Source of the DNA: Geopsychrobacteraceae bacterium
Lineage (GTDB): Bacteria > Desulfobacterota > Desulfuromonadia > Desulfuromonadales > Geopsychrobacteraceae
NCBI GenBank assembly: GCA_963676795.2
Contig: CAXXTB010000002.1
Location: forward strand, 1,152,001-1,216,000
Direction of reading: 5' to 3'
Length of the DNA: 64,000 nt
The position numbers were made by a program, and so were the translations under genes. A model generated the notes under the pieces. The model was not told the origin of the DNA. It did no database searches and worked only from the letters and a program-made list of their open reading frames with translations. Positions 40,519 through 50,164 of the stretch are shown in pieces (position 1 is the stretch's first letter; every line of letters begins with the position of its first letter).

Positions 40519-41223
40519 TTACTTGTTCCCAATATGGTTTTGATATGATTGGTAAAATCTAGGATCTTTTTTTAGCTGCTTGGGATCTCTGAACCATATA
40601 ATATTTTCTCGGACAATTTTAGCTGGATTTCCAGCTATGACGCAATTTTCTTCCTCAAAATTTTTTGTGACTATACTAGAGCAACCGATTATGCATCCAT
40701 TTGGTATTCTTGCTCTTTTCATAAGATATGTTCTCTCTCCAATCCATACATGATCGCCAATGAATACACCGTCGGATTTGTCTAGGTATTCTCCGCTTTC
40801 TATGTCAAATAATAAGTGCGGAAGCTCTCCACATCTTATGGTTATATTGCTGGAAATCATGCAGTCTTGTCCTATTTGACAAATATTTCCTGTGTTGTAT
40901 AAGAGTATTTTGCAGTCATCACCGATAGTCAAGTTGTCGCCAATGTTCAAAATGGTGCCATTTGCCTGGATCTGACTGCCGATAATGATACTAAGATTCT
41001 TTATATGAGCAATTCCAGTTAGGTTTATTTTGTTATTATTTCCATTTATTCTTATTGACAAATTGCTTTTTCTTTTACACGGACCTATTGTGACTTCGTT
41101 GTTTTCTCCAGTTATTCTGCAGCTAAGATTGCACTTTCCCTTTTCGTAAATCACTTTATTGTTTGACTTTGATCTTTTATTTTTTCTTTTAATGAATAGC
41201 TTGTTTAGTAGGCCGGTTTTCAC
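40519..41223 (-). CDS. hexapeptide-repeat (LbetaH) O-acyltransferase
   Basis: IGQDCMIS, IGDHVWIG, IIGCSSIVTK, IAGNPAKIVR. Start assigned to GTG 41223 (AAGGT upstream). Only minus-strand gene in the locus; very AT-rich. Confidence 0.85.
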   Translation of the reverse strand: MKTGLLNKLFIKRKNKRSKSNNKVIYEKGKCNLSCRITGENNEVTIGPCKRKSNLSIRINGNNNKINLTGIAHIKNLSIIIGSQIQANGTILNIGDNLTIGDDCKILLYNTGNICQIGQDCMISSNITIRCGELPHLLFDIESGEYLDKSDGVFIGDHVWIGERTYLMKRARIPNGCIIGCSSIVTKNFEEENCVIAGNPAKIVRENIIWFRDPKQLKKDPRFYQSYQNHIGNK

Positions 41224-41720
41224 GAATATTACCTTTGGTATGTATTGGGAATGGTTTTGTTGATATTTATATCGTATCCAATAATTTAGTTTTTTTGAGG
41301 GAGTAATGCTTGCAAACAATTTTTAGAAATTTTTTTCGATCTGATGGAAGTGTCTCTTTCAAGGGCTTAAGGTCATTATAAGGCTATTGTTGTTTAAAAC
41401 CGAACCGGCGTAAATCTTTTAGTAACTTACCGGGCTTCCTGGTTTTTTTACATCAATTGCTTTTTTTCTGCAACTTTTGTAGTGCTGAAATAAAATCGAG
41501 TTGGCGGATCGACGTCGTTATTGTATTAGGCTGTGTCACTATTTGTATCGGGGGATGAGAAATGTCTAAGCGGCATTCATGAAATCTTGTTGCTGATGAG
41601 CTTTAAGCTGTCGAAATAACGTGTTTGTATCGTGGGTTAAAGTTTTCTTGAGAAAATTTTGAAAATCTGTAACATGGTCAGTTGGATTTTGCCCGAGATT
41701 GGTGTTTTTAGAGGTTTTAT

Positions 41721-43226
41721 ATGGTCTTCAGTTCGCCTATTTTTCTGTTTTTATTTTTACCGCTTTTTCTGATTCTGTACTACCTGATCATTTTTCCATC
41801 GAAAAATATAAAAAACAGACTGATTTCAAGGTGTTTTTTGGGGCTTAGCAACCTCTTCGTACTCGTATCAAGTCTGTTGTTTTATTTCTGGGGAGAGGGT
41901 TGGCTCATATTTGTAATGCTGACCTCGACGGTTGTGGATTATTTGTGTGGAATGCTTCTGGGGCTTTGTGAGAAACGGCAGTTCAGAAAAGCTCTGCTGG
42001 CAATTTCAATCTGTTCAAACCTCTGTCTTCTCGGCTTCTTTAAGTATTTTAACTTTGGCCTCGATACTATTAATGCTCTTGCTGGATCAATGGGATTTGC
42101 CGGTTGGCATGCTGATGGAGCTCTTAAGATAGCTTTGCCGTTGGGCATCTCTTTTTATACATTTCAAAGCATGAGTTATACAATTGATGTCTATAGAAGA
42201 GAGGTAGAGCCAACACGCAATTTCTTCAGTTTTGCATGCTTTGTCAGTATGTTTCCTCAGCTTGTCGCTGGGCCTATTGTGCGATATCGTGACGTTGCCA
42301 CCGAATTGTTTGACCGTAAAGTTTCTCTTGATAATATTTCGGCCGGTTGTTTGAGGTTTGTGTTTGGCTTGTCCAAGAAAGTTCTTATAGCTAACACCGT
42401 TGCTCTTCCTGCTGATAAGATTTTTGCCATTCCTTCGAGTGATTTAACCCCATCTCTGGCTTGGTTTGGAATTGTTTGTTATGCCATGCAGATATACTTC
42501 GATTTTTCGGGTTACTCGGATATGGCTATTGGGCTTGGCCGAATGCTGGGCTTCACCTTTCCTGAAAATTTCAATTATCCCTATATTTCCAAGTCAGTTC
42601 AGGAGTTCTGGCGACGTTGGCACATGTCTCTCTCAACTTGGTTCAGGGATTATCTCTATATCCCTCTGGGCGGTAATCGCGTTGCTCCGTGGCGGGTTTA
42701 TTTTAATCTATTTTTCGTGTTTTTTCTTTGCGGTTTGTGGCACGGCGCTTCGTGGAATTTTATCCTGTGGGGGCTTTTCCATGGGTTGTTTCTGGTTTTG
42801 GAGCGTTCCGGCATATTGCGTTTCGTTGAGAAATTGCCAGCTCTGCTTCGCCACATCTATGTTTTGTTGATGGTTCTGATTGGTTGGGTTCTGTTCAGAA
42901 CTGAAACCCTCGAACAGGCATGGTCGTTTTTGACTAGTATGTTTGGCTATACTGCAGGGACTCATCAGGTTTATCAGCTTTCAATGTATGCGTCTAATGA
43001 TGTCGTTTTTACTCTTATTGTTGGACTTGTTCTTTCCTGTCCATTGTATGGTTTTCTGAGTGTTCAGCTGAAAAAAATGCATGCCCGGATTGTTGGCCGC
43101 AAGCGAAGATTCTATGTTTTTTTGCATGCGTTTTCTAAAGCTTCAATAACTCTTATTTTCATGCTTCTTTCTATTATGAGCATTTCAAGTGGATCCTACA
43201 ATCCATTTATATATTTTAGATTTTGA
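41721..43226 (+). CDS. MBOAT O-acyltransferase, AlgI/PatA-like
   Basis: MVFSSPIFLFLFLP, LPLGISFYTFQ, FWRRWHMSLSTWFRDYLYIPLGG, GLWHGA, YNPFIYFRF. Confidence 0.93.
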   Translation: MVFSSPIFLFLFLPLFLILYYLIIFPSKNIKNRLISRCFLGLSNLFVLVSSLLFYFWGEGWLIFVMLTSTVVDYLCGMLLGLCEKRQFRKALLAISICSNLCLLGFFKYFNFGLDTINALAGSMGFAGWHADGALKIALPLGISFYTFQSMSYTIDVYRREVEPTRNFFSFACFVSMFPQLVAGPIVRYRDVATELFDRKVSLDNISAGCLRFVFGLSKKVLIANTVALPADKIFAIPSSDLTPSLAWFGIVCYAMQIYFDFSGYSDMAIGLGRMLGFTFPENFNYPYISKSVQEFWRRWHMSLSTWFRDYLYIPLGGNRVAPWRVYFNLFFVFFLCGLWHGASWNFILWGLFHGLFLVLERSGILRFVEKLPALLRHIYVLLMVLIGWVLFRTETLEQAWSFLTSMFGYTAGTHQVYQLSMYASNDVVFTLIVGLVLSCPLYGFLSVQLKKMHARIVGRKRRFYVFLHAFSKASITLIFMLLSIMSISSGSYNPFIYFRF

Positions 43227-43238
43227 TAGGTCGTTTTT

Positions 43239-44354
43239 ATGAAAGTAAATTACTTGATATTTTATATTTCTTGTTTGTTATTGCTTGCGCCATTGGTTGG
43301 TCTTGTCTTTCCTGATTTAAATCCTAAAACAGATCTTTTTGAGAATCGCAAGTTAGCGGACTTTCCAAAATTTAACCTGAATAAAATTACCGATTATCCT
43401 GAAGCTTTTGAAGGTTATTTTGATGATCATTTTGGTTTTAGAAGCTTTTTTATTAAATTAAATGGAAAATATAAGAGGAAAGTTTTTGGGATTAAAGAGG
43501 AGAAGGCAAAGGTTTTATCCGGAAAAGATGAATGGTTGTTCTTTACTGGCAATGATAGTGTTGAAGACTACCGAGGACTGAGCACTTTTACTCCTGAACA
43601 CTTGGAAAAGTGGGCAGCTATCCTTACAAAAAAGCAAGAATACCTGAAATCTGTTGGGGTTGATTATCTCTTCGTTGTTGCTCCTAATAAATCAAGCATT
43701 TATCCTGAATATCTGCCTGACTGGATGACGAAGGTTGCGCCTCAGACCCCCCTGGATCAGTTGTTGTCTTATTTGAAAAGAAGGACAGATCTTAATGTTC
43801 TGGACTTAAGAGACTCGTTGCTAGCTAAAAAAGATAATGGTGTTCTTTTGTATTACCCTACCGACACTCATTGGAATTCTATGGGCGCTTTTGTGGGCTA
43901 TCGTGAAATAATGGCGCATCTTGGCTTGCCTTTCACGCGCCATGCGTTGTCTGATCATGATGTTGACCTTTCTTTCGCCCCAAAGCGTGGTGGCGATTTG
44001 GCAAAGATGCTCGGTATTCAGAGTGAGGTTCGTGAGACGGCACCTCAAGTTGTTCCAATTCATATGACTGCTACTAAGCAATTTGATTTCCCTGGCCCAC
44101 CTAGAGATATTTTGATGCAGGCGGAAGATCGTACCCTTCCACGCCTACTGGTCTTTAGGGATTCTTTTTCCGAAGCTTTAATTCCATTTCTGTCTGAAAG
44201 TTTCAGTTATTCTCGATATGTCTGGTCCGGTTGGGGTGAAGATACCCCGATTAAGCGGTTATTGGAAGAGAGTACTCCGGATGTTGTTATTGAGGAGTGG
44301 GTTGAACGTTTAGTGAATGAGGAGCGTCTTCTTTCTTATGCTGACCCTCGTTAG
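43239..44354 (+). CDS. AlgJ/AlgX-like SGNH O-acetyltransferase
   Basis: N-terminal TM, ENRKLA, FDDHFGFR, GKDEWLF, YYPTDTHWN (DxH), RDSFS. Confidence 0.85.
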   Translation: MKVNYLIFYISCLLLLAPLVGLVFPDLNPKTDLFENRKLADFPKFNLNKITDYPEAFEGYFDDHFGFRSFFIKLNGKYKRKVFGIKEEKAKVLSGKDEWLFFTGNDSVEDYRGLSTFTPEHLEKWAAILTKKQEYLKSVGVDYLFVVAPNKSSIYPEYLPDWMTKVAPQTPLDQLLSYLKRRTDLNVLDLRDSLLAKKDNGVLLYYPTDTHWNSMGAFVGYREIMAHLGLPFTRHALSDHDVDLSFAPKRGGDLAKMLGIQSEVRETAPQVVPIHMTATKQFDFPGPPRDILMQAEDRTLPRLLVFRDSFSEALIPFLSESFSYSRYVWSGWGEDTPIKRLLEESTPDVVIEEWVERLVNEERLLSYADPR

Positions 44355-44426
44355 GTCCTGTTTTGCTAGGGTATAGTCGCAGGGAATGTTTGCAGCACGT
44401 TTAGAAGATTGTAAACGGAGGATTTT

Positions 44427-46424
44427 TTGAAGTATCGCAGAGAGATAGATGGCTTGCGCGCAATAGCTGTCATGCCGGTTATTTTGTTTCATGCCGGATT
44501 TGAGGTGTTTAGGGGTGGGTTCGTTGGTGTCGATGTCTTTTTTGTCATCAGTGGTTATTTGATTACTACAATTCTTCTTTCGGATCTGGCAGACCAGAAG
44601 TTTTCTCTGGTGAGATTTTATGAAAGAAGGGCGCGTCGGATTTTGCCTGCGTTGTTTGTTGTCCTTCTTTTTTGTGTGGTTATGGCGTGGTTTTGGCTGG
44701 TTCCGAACGAATTTCGGAGCTTTAGCAAAAGTGTCAATTTCGTTTCCACTTTTAGGTCCAACATATTCTTTTACAAGGATAGTGGGTACTTTTCAACTGC
44801 GTCTGATCTGAAGCCGTTGCTTCATACCTGGAGTCTGGCGGTTGAGGAGCAGTATTATGTATTTTTCCCTCTTCTGTTGTTGTTGCTGTGGAAGATTAAT
44901 CAAAGGTTGGTTCTCCCGGCTCTAGTTCTTCTCGGCGTGGGTAGCTTGGCCTATGCTCAGATTACATCCCAGGTAAATGCCAATGCTGCATTCTATCTGC
45001 TTCCATCACGTATCTGGGAGCTCATAGTTGGTGCCTTGGTCGCTTATTGGAGCCTTGTATGGCCTGAGCATTTTAAGCGTTTAGTGCAGAAAAAGGTATT
45101 TGCAGAGATCGGGTCACTTCTGGGACTTTGTCTGTTGGTAGTTTCTATCTTCTTTTTTGATAAGTCGACCCCATTCCCGGGCTTTTACGCTTTAGTGCCT
45201 ACATTGGGTGCGGCAGCAATAATTGTTTTTGCTTCACCTTATACTCTGGTTGGGCGATTGTTAAGTACCAGGGTTTTGGTTGGTCTTGGTTTGATCAGTT
45301 ATAGTGCTTATCTCTGGCATCAACCTTTATTTGCCTTTGCGCGCCATGCTAGTTTAGGAGCCCTTCCGGTATCCTGGTTTCTTATTCTTGTTATTCTTTC
45401 TCTTCTACTTGCTTTCATAAGTTGGCGATTTATCGAACGCCCGTTCAGGGATAAAAATTGGGTTGGTCGTAGGCTTGTATTCGCCTTGTCTTTGGTCGGA
45501 ATTATGGTGTTTGTTGCAGGCGGACTGTATGGGCATGATTCCAGCGGCTTTCCAGGTAGATATAAGTTATCCCCTGAAATAATTGCTTCACTGAAGTCAC
45601 CTGCAGATGTGAGGAGAACGGTGGCGTCTTCTGGGAAGGGAAAGAAAGATACTTATTATATCAAAGTGGGGGGGAGTGAGGTTTTGAATGCTCCTCAGGT
45701 TGCTTTTTTTGGTGACAGTCATTTAGGTGTCCTGGCTCCGGTTCTTGATGAAATCGGCAAGGAACAGGGTTTTTCTGTTGTCAGGATGGGGGCTGGTGGC
45801 TGTCCTCCTCTTCTGGGTGTTGATGTCGGAAAGGGGAATTTTAGCCCGGGATTTTGTGAAGATCTAGCTGCTAAGCAATATGATTATGTTGAGAAGAATC
45901 AAATAAAAAATGTAGTTCTTGTGGCAAGGTGGAGTCTGTATACTGACGGTGATTATGACAAGCCAAAGAGAGCCTTTTTTTTAATTGATTCAGAAAATAA
46001 AAAGTTCTCTGTTATGTCTTCTCGTGAGGTTTTTGAAAGATCTCTGCGTAATACAATAATTAAATACGAAGAAATCGGCGTGAATGTTGTTGTTCTTTTG
46101 CAGGTTCCTCAGCAAGATAAAACTCCAACAGATATATATTATGCTCTTTCTAAGAGTTATATTGATAATGAAACTTTAAAGAAGATATCTGTTAATTTTA
46201 ATAAGCACATTATGATTCAGGAATATAATAGAAATATATTCGACAAATACAGCAACGATCCTCATGTTCGACTTCTGAGTATCGATGATACTTTTTGTGA
46301 CAATGAGAATTGTACTGTAGGTGTAGATAAACATTCATATTATTTCGATTATAACCATCTTTCTATATATGGTGCTGAATTAGTCAAGCCTGATCTGTCA
46401 AGATTTTTTAAGAATTATTTGTAG
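44427..46424 (+). CDS. OafA-like acyltransferase-3 fused to SGNH domain
   Basis: YRREIDGLRAIAV, GVDVFFVISGYL, HTWSLAVEEQYY; SGNH GDSH and DYNHL. TTG start with GGAGG upstream. Confidence 0.92.
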   Translation: MKYRREIDGLRAIAVMPVILFHAGFEVFRGGFVGVDVFFVISGYLITTILLSDLADQKFSLVRFYERRARRILPALFVVLLFCVVMAWFWLVPNEFRSFSKSVNFVSTFRSNIFFYKDSGYFSTASDLKPLLHTWSLAVEEQYYVFFPLLLLLLWKINQRLVLPALVLLGVGSLAYAQITSQVNANAAFYLLPSRIWELIVGALVAYWSLVWPEHFKRLVQKKVFAEIGSLLGLCLLVVSIFFFDKSTPFPGFYALVPTLGAAAIIVFASPYTLVGRLLSTRVLVGLGLISYSAYLWHQPLFAFARHASLGALPVSWFLILVILSLLLAFISWRFIERPFRDKNWVGRRLVFALSLVGIMVFVAGGLYGHDSSGFPGRYKLSPEIIASLKSPADVRRTVASSGKGKKDTYYIKVGGSEVLNAPQVAFFGDSHLGVLAPVLDEIGKEQGFSVVRMGAGGCPPLLGVDVGKGNFSPGFCEDLAAKQYDYVEKNQIKNVVLVARWSLYTDGDYDKPKRAFFLIDSENKKFSVMSSREVFERSLRNTIIKYEEIGVNVVVLLQVPQQDKTPTDIYYALSKSYIDNETLKKISVNFNKHIMIQEYNRNIFDKYSNDPHVRLLSIDDTFCDNENCTVGVDKHSYYFDYNHLSIYGAELVKPDLSRFFKNYL

Positions 46425-46477
46425 TAAATACGTTGCTGCATTCTTTTAATTTTAGACGCTGATTGTGAGAGTTTTTA

Positions 46478-47029
46478 ATGAACGTAATTGATACCTTTAT
46501 ACCAGACGTGAAAATTATCGAGCCCAAGGTTTTCGGTGATGATCGCGGTTTTTTTTATGAGAGTTTCAACCTGCGTCAATGGCAAGAATTAACAGGGGTT
46601 GATGTCAGCTTTGTTCAGGATAACCATTCGCGTTCATGCCGTGGCGTATTGCGTGGATTGCACTACCAGATACAGCAGCCGCAAGGAAAGCTAGTGCGTT
46701 GCGTGGTGGGGGAGGTTTATGATGTCGCAGTCGATCTTAGAAAGACATCTGCAACCTTTGGAAAGTGGGTTGGCGTTCATCTTTCAGCTGACAATAAACG
46801 TCAGTTCTGGGTGCCTGCGGGTTTTGCTCACGGCTTTTTGGTTCTGTCTGATTATGCAGAATTTTTGTATAAGACTACAGATTATTATGCGCCAGAGTAT
46901 GAACGGGCAATTTCCTGGAATGATCGCGATCTGAACATCGATTGGCCGGATTGTGGTGTTAGCCCTGTTCTTTCTTCCAAAGATGCTGCAGCGCATGCGT
47001 TTTCCAGTGCCGAGTTTTTCGATTTTTAG
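46478..47029 (+). CDS. rfbC: dTDP-4-dehydrorhamnose 3,5-epimerase
   Basis: FGDDRGFF, VQDNHS, LRGLHYQ, GFAHGF. Confidence 0.97.
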   Translation: MNVIDTFIPDVKIIEPKVFGDDRGFFYESFNLRQWQELTGVDVSFVQDNHSRSCRGVLRGLHYQIQQPQGKLVRCVVGEVYDVAVDLRKTSATFGKWVGVHLSADNKRQFWVPAGFAHGFLVLSDYAEFLYKTTDYYAPEYERAISWNDRDLNIDWPDCGVSPVLSSKDAAAHAFSSAEFFDF

Positions 47030-47069
47030 AAGATTGCACTTTGCCTGTTTATGGCTTTAGGGCTTGGTT

Positions 47070-47714
47070 ATGGACGAACGTTGCGACTGCCTGTTAAAAG
47101 ATACGCTGCCTCTTGCTTCTGGTAGTGAAAAGAGTATTTATCAGCACCCTGATTCGCCTCAGCATCTGATCAAGGTATGGCATGAGGAGTATTTTTATAA
47201 AATCCGCAAGGAGAATCCGATATTTACAAGGCTCAGGAGGCTTCCGCGGTACTCTGCGATTCTAAAGGAATTTACGGAACATTTATGTGTACGCGAGTGG
47301 AACGATCAGCACATATTTATTCAGAAAATCGTCGGAGTTGTTGATACTGATCTTGGTGTTGGTCTCGTCGTCAGAAAGGTTGCAAGAAAAAATGGCGACT
47401 TGGCGAGGAATCTTTCTGATCTGTTGAATAGTGGCGAATTTTCGTCTGATCATCGAGCAGCTCTTGACGAATTCCTGAATTGGCTTAAGGGCTCTGGGGT
47501 TATTGTTCGTGACTTGGGCACCAAAAATCTTGTCTGGGATGAAATCGAAGAGCGCTTCGTTGTCATTGATGGTATCGGTGGCAAGGCGCGGATTTCACTT
47601 CGAGAATATTGCAAATGGTATAACCGGCGGTCAAATAATCGTCGTGCCGATAAGCTGTTGTCTAGGGTCGAGCATATTTTGAGGGGTATAGATAAAAGTC
47701 ATTCTCGCCGTTAA
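47070..47714 (+). CDS. YrbL-family kinase-like protein (copy 2)
   Basis: LASGSEKSIYQHP, LIKV, GVVDTDLGVGLVV, RDLGTKNLV, FVVIDGIG. Confidence 0.75.
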   Translation: MDERCDCLLKDTLPLASGSEKSIYQHPDSPQHLIKVWHEEYFYKIRKENPIFTRLRRLPRYSAILKEFTEHLCVREWNDQHIFIQKIVGVVDTDLGVGLVVRKVARKNGDLARNLSDLLNSGEFSSDHRAALDEFLNWLKGSGVIVRDLGTKNLVWDEIEERFVVIDGIGGKARISLREYCKWYNRRSNNRRADKLLSRVEHILRGIDKSHSRR

Positions 47715-47844
47715 TTTCCTTTCGTATTGGTCCTGTGTTGTTCGTCTTGTTTTTCTTTTCGTTGTAAACTTAGTATGTTGTGATATATTCATTAGATCTC
47801 TGAGGGGGCTCAGTACGGTATTATAATATCGAAGGGAGAATGAA

Positions 47845-48132
47845 ATGAAAACGTTGAAAAAGGTCGTGTTGTATTCTGTGTTGATGTTGTCTGTCATGTT
47901 TGTTCCTGCCTATGGTTTTGCTGCGGGAAAGATCAATCTGAATACGGCTGGTGTTGCTGAGCTGACCCAGTTGAGTGGCATCGGAGAAAAAACAGCTCAG
48001 AAGATTGTCGAGTATCGCACGCAGCATAAGTTTAAATCGGTTGATGAGTTGGCTAATGTCAAGGGGATCGGAGAGAAGTCCCTGGCTAAGTTGAGGGATC
48101 AGGTGACTGTCGAGGAAGTGAAGAAAAAGTAA
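47845..48132 (+). CDS. comEA: ComEA-family helix-hairpin-helix DNA-binding protein
   Basis: Signal peptide plus KINLNTA...LSGIGEKTAQKIVEYR...VKGIGEK. Confidence 0.88.
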   Translation: MKTLKKVVLYSVLMLSVMFVPAYGFAAGKINLNTAGVAELTQLSGIGEKTAQKIVEYRTQHKFKSVDELANVKGIGEKSLAKLRDQVTVEEVKKK

Positions 48133-48163
48133 CTAGTTATTTTTTTACCCCCTTGGTAGATTG

Positions 48164-48197
48164 AGCGGGAGGGTTTTGCCCTCCCGTTTTTTGTTTT
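48164..48197 (+). terminator. intrinsic terminator after comEA
   Basis: GCGGGAGGG-ttttg-CCCTCCCGT followed by TTTTTGTTTT. Confidence 0.8.
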
Positions 48198-48256
48198 CTG
48201 TTACCCGCGATGAATTGCTTAGAACTATTCCAATTATTTGAGGGAGTGGGTCGTTA

Positions 48257-49267
48257 ATGAAAGTTTTGGTTACTGGTGCCGCAGGTTTTATCGGTTTTCA
48301 TCTGTCAAAATATCTTTTGCAGCGTGGTGATGAAGTCGTTGGTTTTGACAACCTCAATGACTATTACGATGTGACATTGAAACACGCGCGTTTGCGGCAG
48401 CTTGAAGGAATGGGCGGATTTCGCTTTGTCAAAGGCGATCTTGCCGATCGGGATGCGATTGCCGCTCTGTTTGCAGCTGAAAAGTTTGAACGGGTCGTCA
48501 ATCTTGCTGCTCAGGCCGGTGTTCGCTATTCACTGATCAATCCTTACGCCTATATCGACAGCAATATTCAGGGGTTTATCAACATCCTCGAGGGATGTCG
48601 GCACAATGGTGTTGGGCATCTTGTCTATGCTTCATCCTCTTCGGTTTACGGCGCTAACACCGCGATGCCGTTTTCGGTTCATGACAATGTTGATCATCCC
48701 GTATCTCTCTATGCAGCGAGCAAGAAGTCGAATGAACTGATGGCGCATACCTACAGCCATCTCTATGGGCTGCCGACGACCGGCCTGCGCTTTTTCACCG
48801 TGTATGGTCCCTGGGGCCGCCCGGATATGGCGATGTTTCTTTTCATCAAGGCGATTCTGGCTGGCGAGCCGATTGATGTTTTCAACTACGGTAAAATGAA
48901 GCGCGATTTTACCTATATTGATGATATAGTGGAAGGCGTTGTGCGGACGCTTGATCATGTTGCCCCTGCGAATCCTGGATGGTCTGGTGATAGTCCTGAT
49001 CCCGGCACCAGTGCTGCACCTTATCGGCTGTACAATATCGGCAATAACAACCCTGTTGAGCTGATGTATCTTATCGAGGTTATTGAGGATAAGCTGGGCA
49101 TCAAGGCGGAAAAGAACATGCTGCCGATTCAGCCTGGCGATGTTCCTGCAACCTATGCGAATGTCGATGCCTTGATTGAAGATGTCGGCTTCAAGCCTGA
49201 GACGTCCGTAGAACAGGGGGTTGATCAATTTATCCAGTGGTATAAATCCTATTACGCTATTGATTAA
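48257..49267 (+). CDS. NAD-dependent epimerase, UDP-glucuronate 4-epimerase-like
   Basis: [46 protein letters not shown]. Confidence 0.9.
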   Translation: MKVLVTGAAGFIGFHLSKYLLQRGDEVVGFDNLNDYYDVTLKHARLRQLEGMGGFRFVKGDLADRDAIAALFAAEKFERVVNLAAQAGVRYSLINPYAYIDSNIQGFINILEGCRHNGVGHLVYASSSSVYGANTAMPFSVHDNVDHPVSLYAASKKSNELMAHTYSHLYGLPTTGLRFFTVYGPWGRPDMAMFLFIKAILAGEPIDVFNYGKMKRDFTYIDDIVEGVVRTLDHVAPANPGWSGDSPDPGTSAAPYRLYNIGNNNPVELMYLIEVIEDKLGIKAEKNMLPIQPGDVPATYANVDALIEDVGFKPETSVEQGVDQFIQWYKSYYAID

Positions 49268-49288
49268 ATTAAAGGAAGATCTGCAATC

Positions 49289-50164
49289 ATGATAAAAAGT
49301 ATGACCGGTTACGGACGTGGGCAGGCTTCGGCAGAGGGCCTGTCCTTTTCTGTCGAAATCAAGACGGTGAATCATCGCTATGGCGATGTCACGGTCAAGT
49401 CGCCAAGGCTGCTTTCGGCTTATGAGAACGATATCAAGAAACGTGTCGCCGCTGTTCTCAAGCGCGGCAAGATCGATATCTTCATCAGCCAGGATAATAG
49501 TTCACAGCTGGTCGCCAGGCCCTGTGTCGATGAAAAAATGGTATCAGCCTATCTCGAGGTATTTGAAAACCTTAAAGAGGTCAGCGGGCTGACAGGAGAT
49601 CTGAGCCTTGAGTTTCTGGCTTCGCAGAGAGATGTTCTGGTCGTCAAAGAGGCGGAGTTCTCTGCTGAAGACCTGGTTGACTGCCTGATGAGCGCTTTGG
49701 ATCGGGCGCTGGATGCTGTTCTGGAGATGCGTGTCAAAGAGGGCGCTGCGACCGCTCAGGATATCGAGGCGCGTTTCAATGTGCTGGTTGAGCTTCTGGG
49801 CGGCATTCGTGAGCGCGCTCCGGAGGTGCCGAAGGAGTGGCAACAGAAACTGCAGGAGCGCTTGAATCGCCTCTACGCCAATGGTGGTGATCCGCAGCGG
49901 ATTGCCCAGGAGATCGCCATCTTTGCTGATCGCTGTGATATCAGCGAGGAATTGACCCGATTTGACAGCCACCTTCAACAGTTCCGGGAACTGATGCTGC
50001 TGGAGGAGCCGGTCGGGCGTCAACTCGATTTTCTGGTGCAGGAACTGAACCGCGAGGCCAATACCATGGGCTCCAAGTCGAATGACGCTGCTCTGACCAG
50101 GCAGGTTGTAGCACTCAAGTCAGAGCTTGAGAAGATCAGGGAACAGGTGCAGAACATTGAGTAA
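49289..50164 (+). CDS. yicC: YicC/YloC-family endoribonuclease
   Basis: MIKSMTGYG, VNHRY, DISEE, GRQLDFLVQELNREANT, REQVQNIE. Confidence 0.95.
   Translation: MIKSMTGYGRGQASAEGLSFSVEIKTVNHRYGDVTVKSPRLLSAYENDIKKRVAAVLKRGKIDIFISQDNSSQLVARPCVDEKMVSAYLEVFENLKEVSGLTGDLSLEFLASQRDVLVVKEAEFSAEDLVDCLMSALDRALDAVLEMRVKEGAATAQDIEARFNVLVELLGGIRERAPEVPKEWQQKLQERLNRLYANGGDPQRIAQEIAIFADRCDISEELTRFDSHLQQFRELMLLEEPVGRQLDFLVQELNREANTMGSKSNDAALTRQVVALKSELEKIREQVQNIE

Noticed and set aside
41224..41720. ~500-bp AT-rich gap as a possible sRNA or IS remnant
   Set aside because: No terminal repeats, transposase fragment or stable structure recognised; adequately explained as a divergent promoter region.
50157..50164. 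Absence of a remA/DUF370 gene between yicC and gmk
   Set aside because: Its presence varies among lineages and I cannot establish that relatives have it, so it is not informative.
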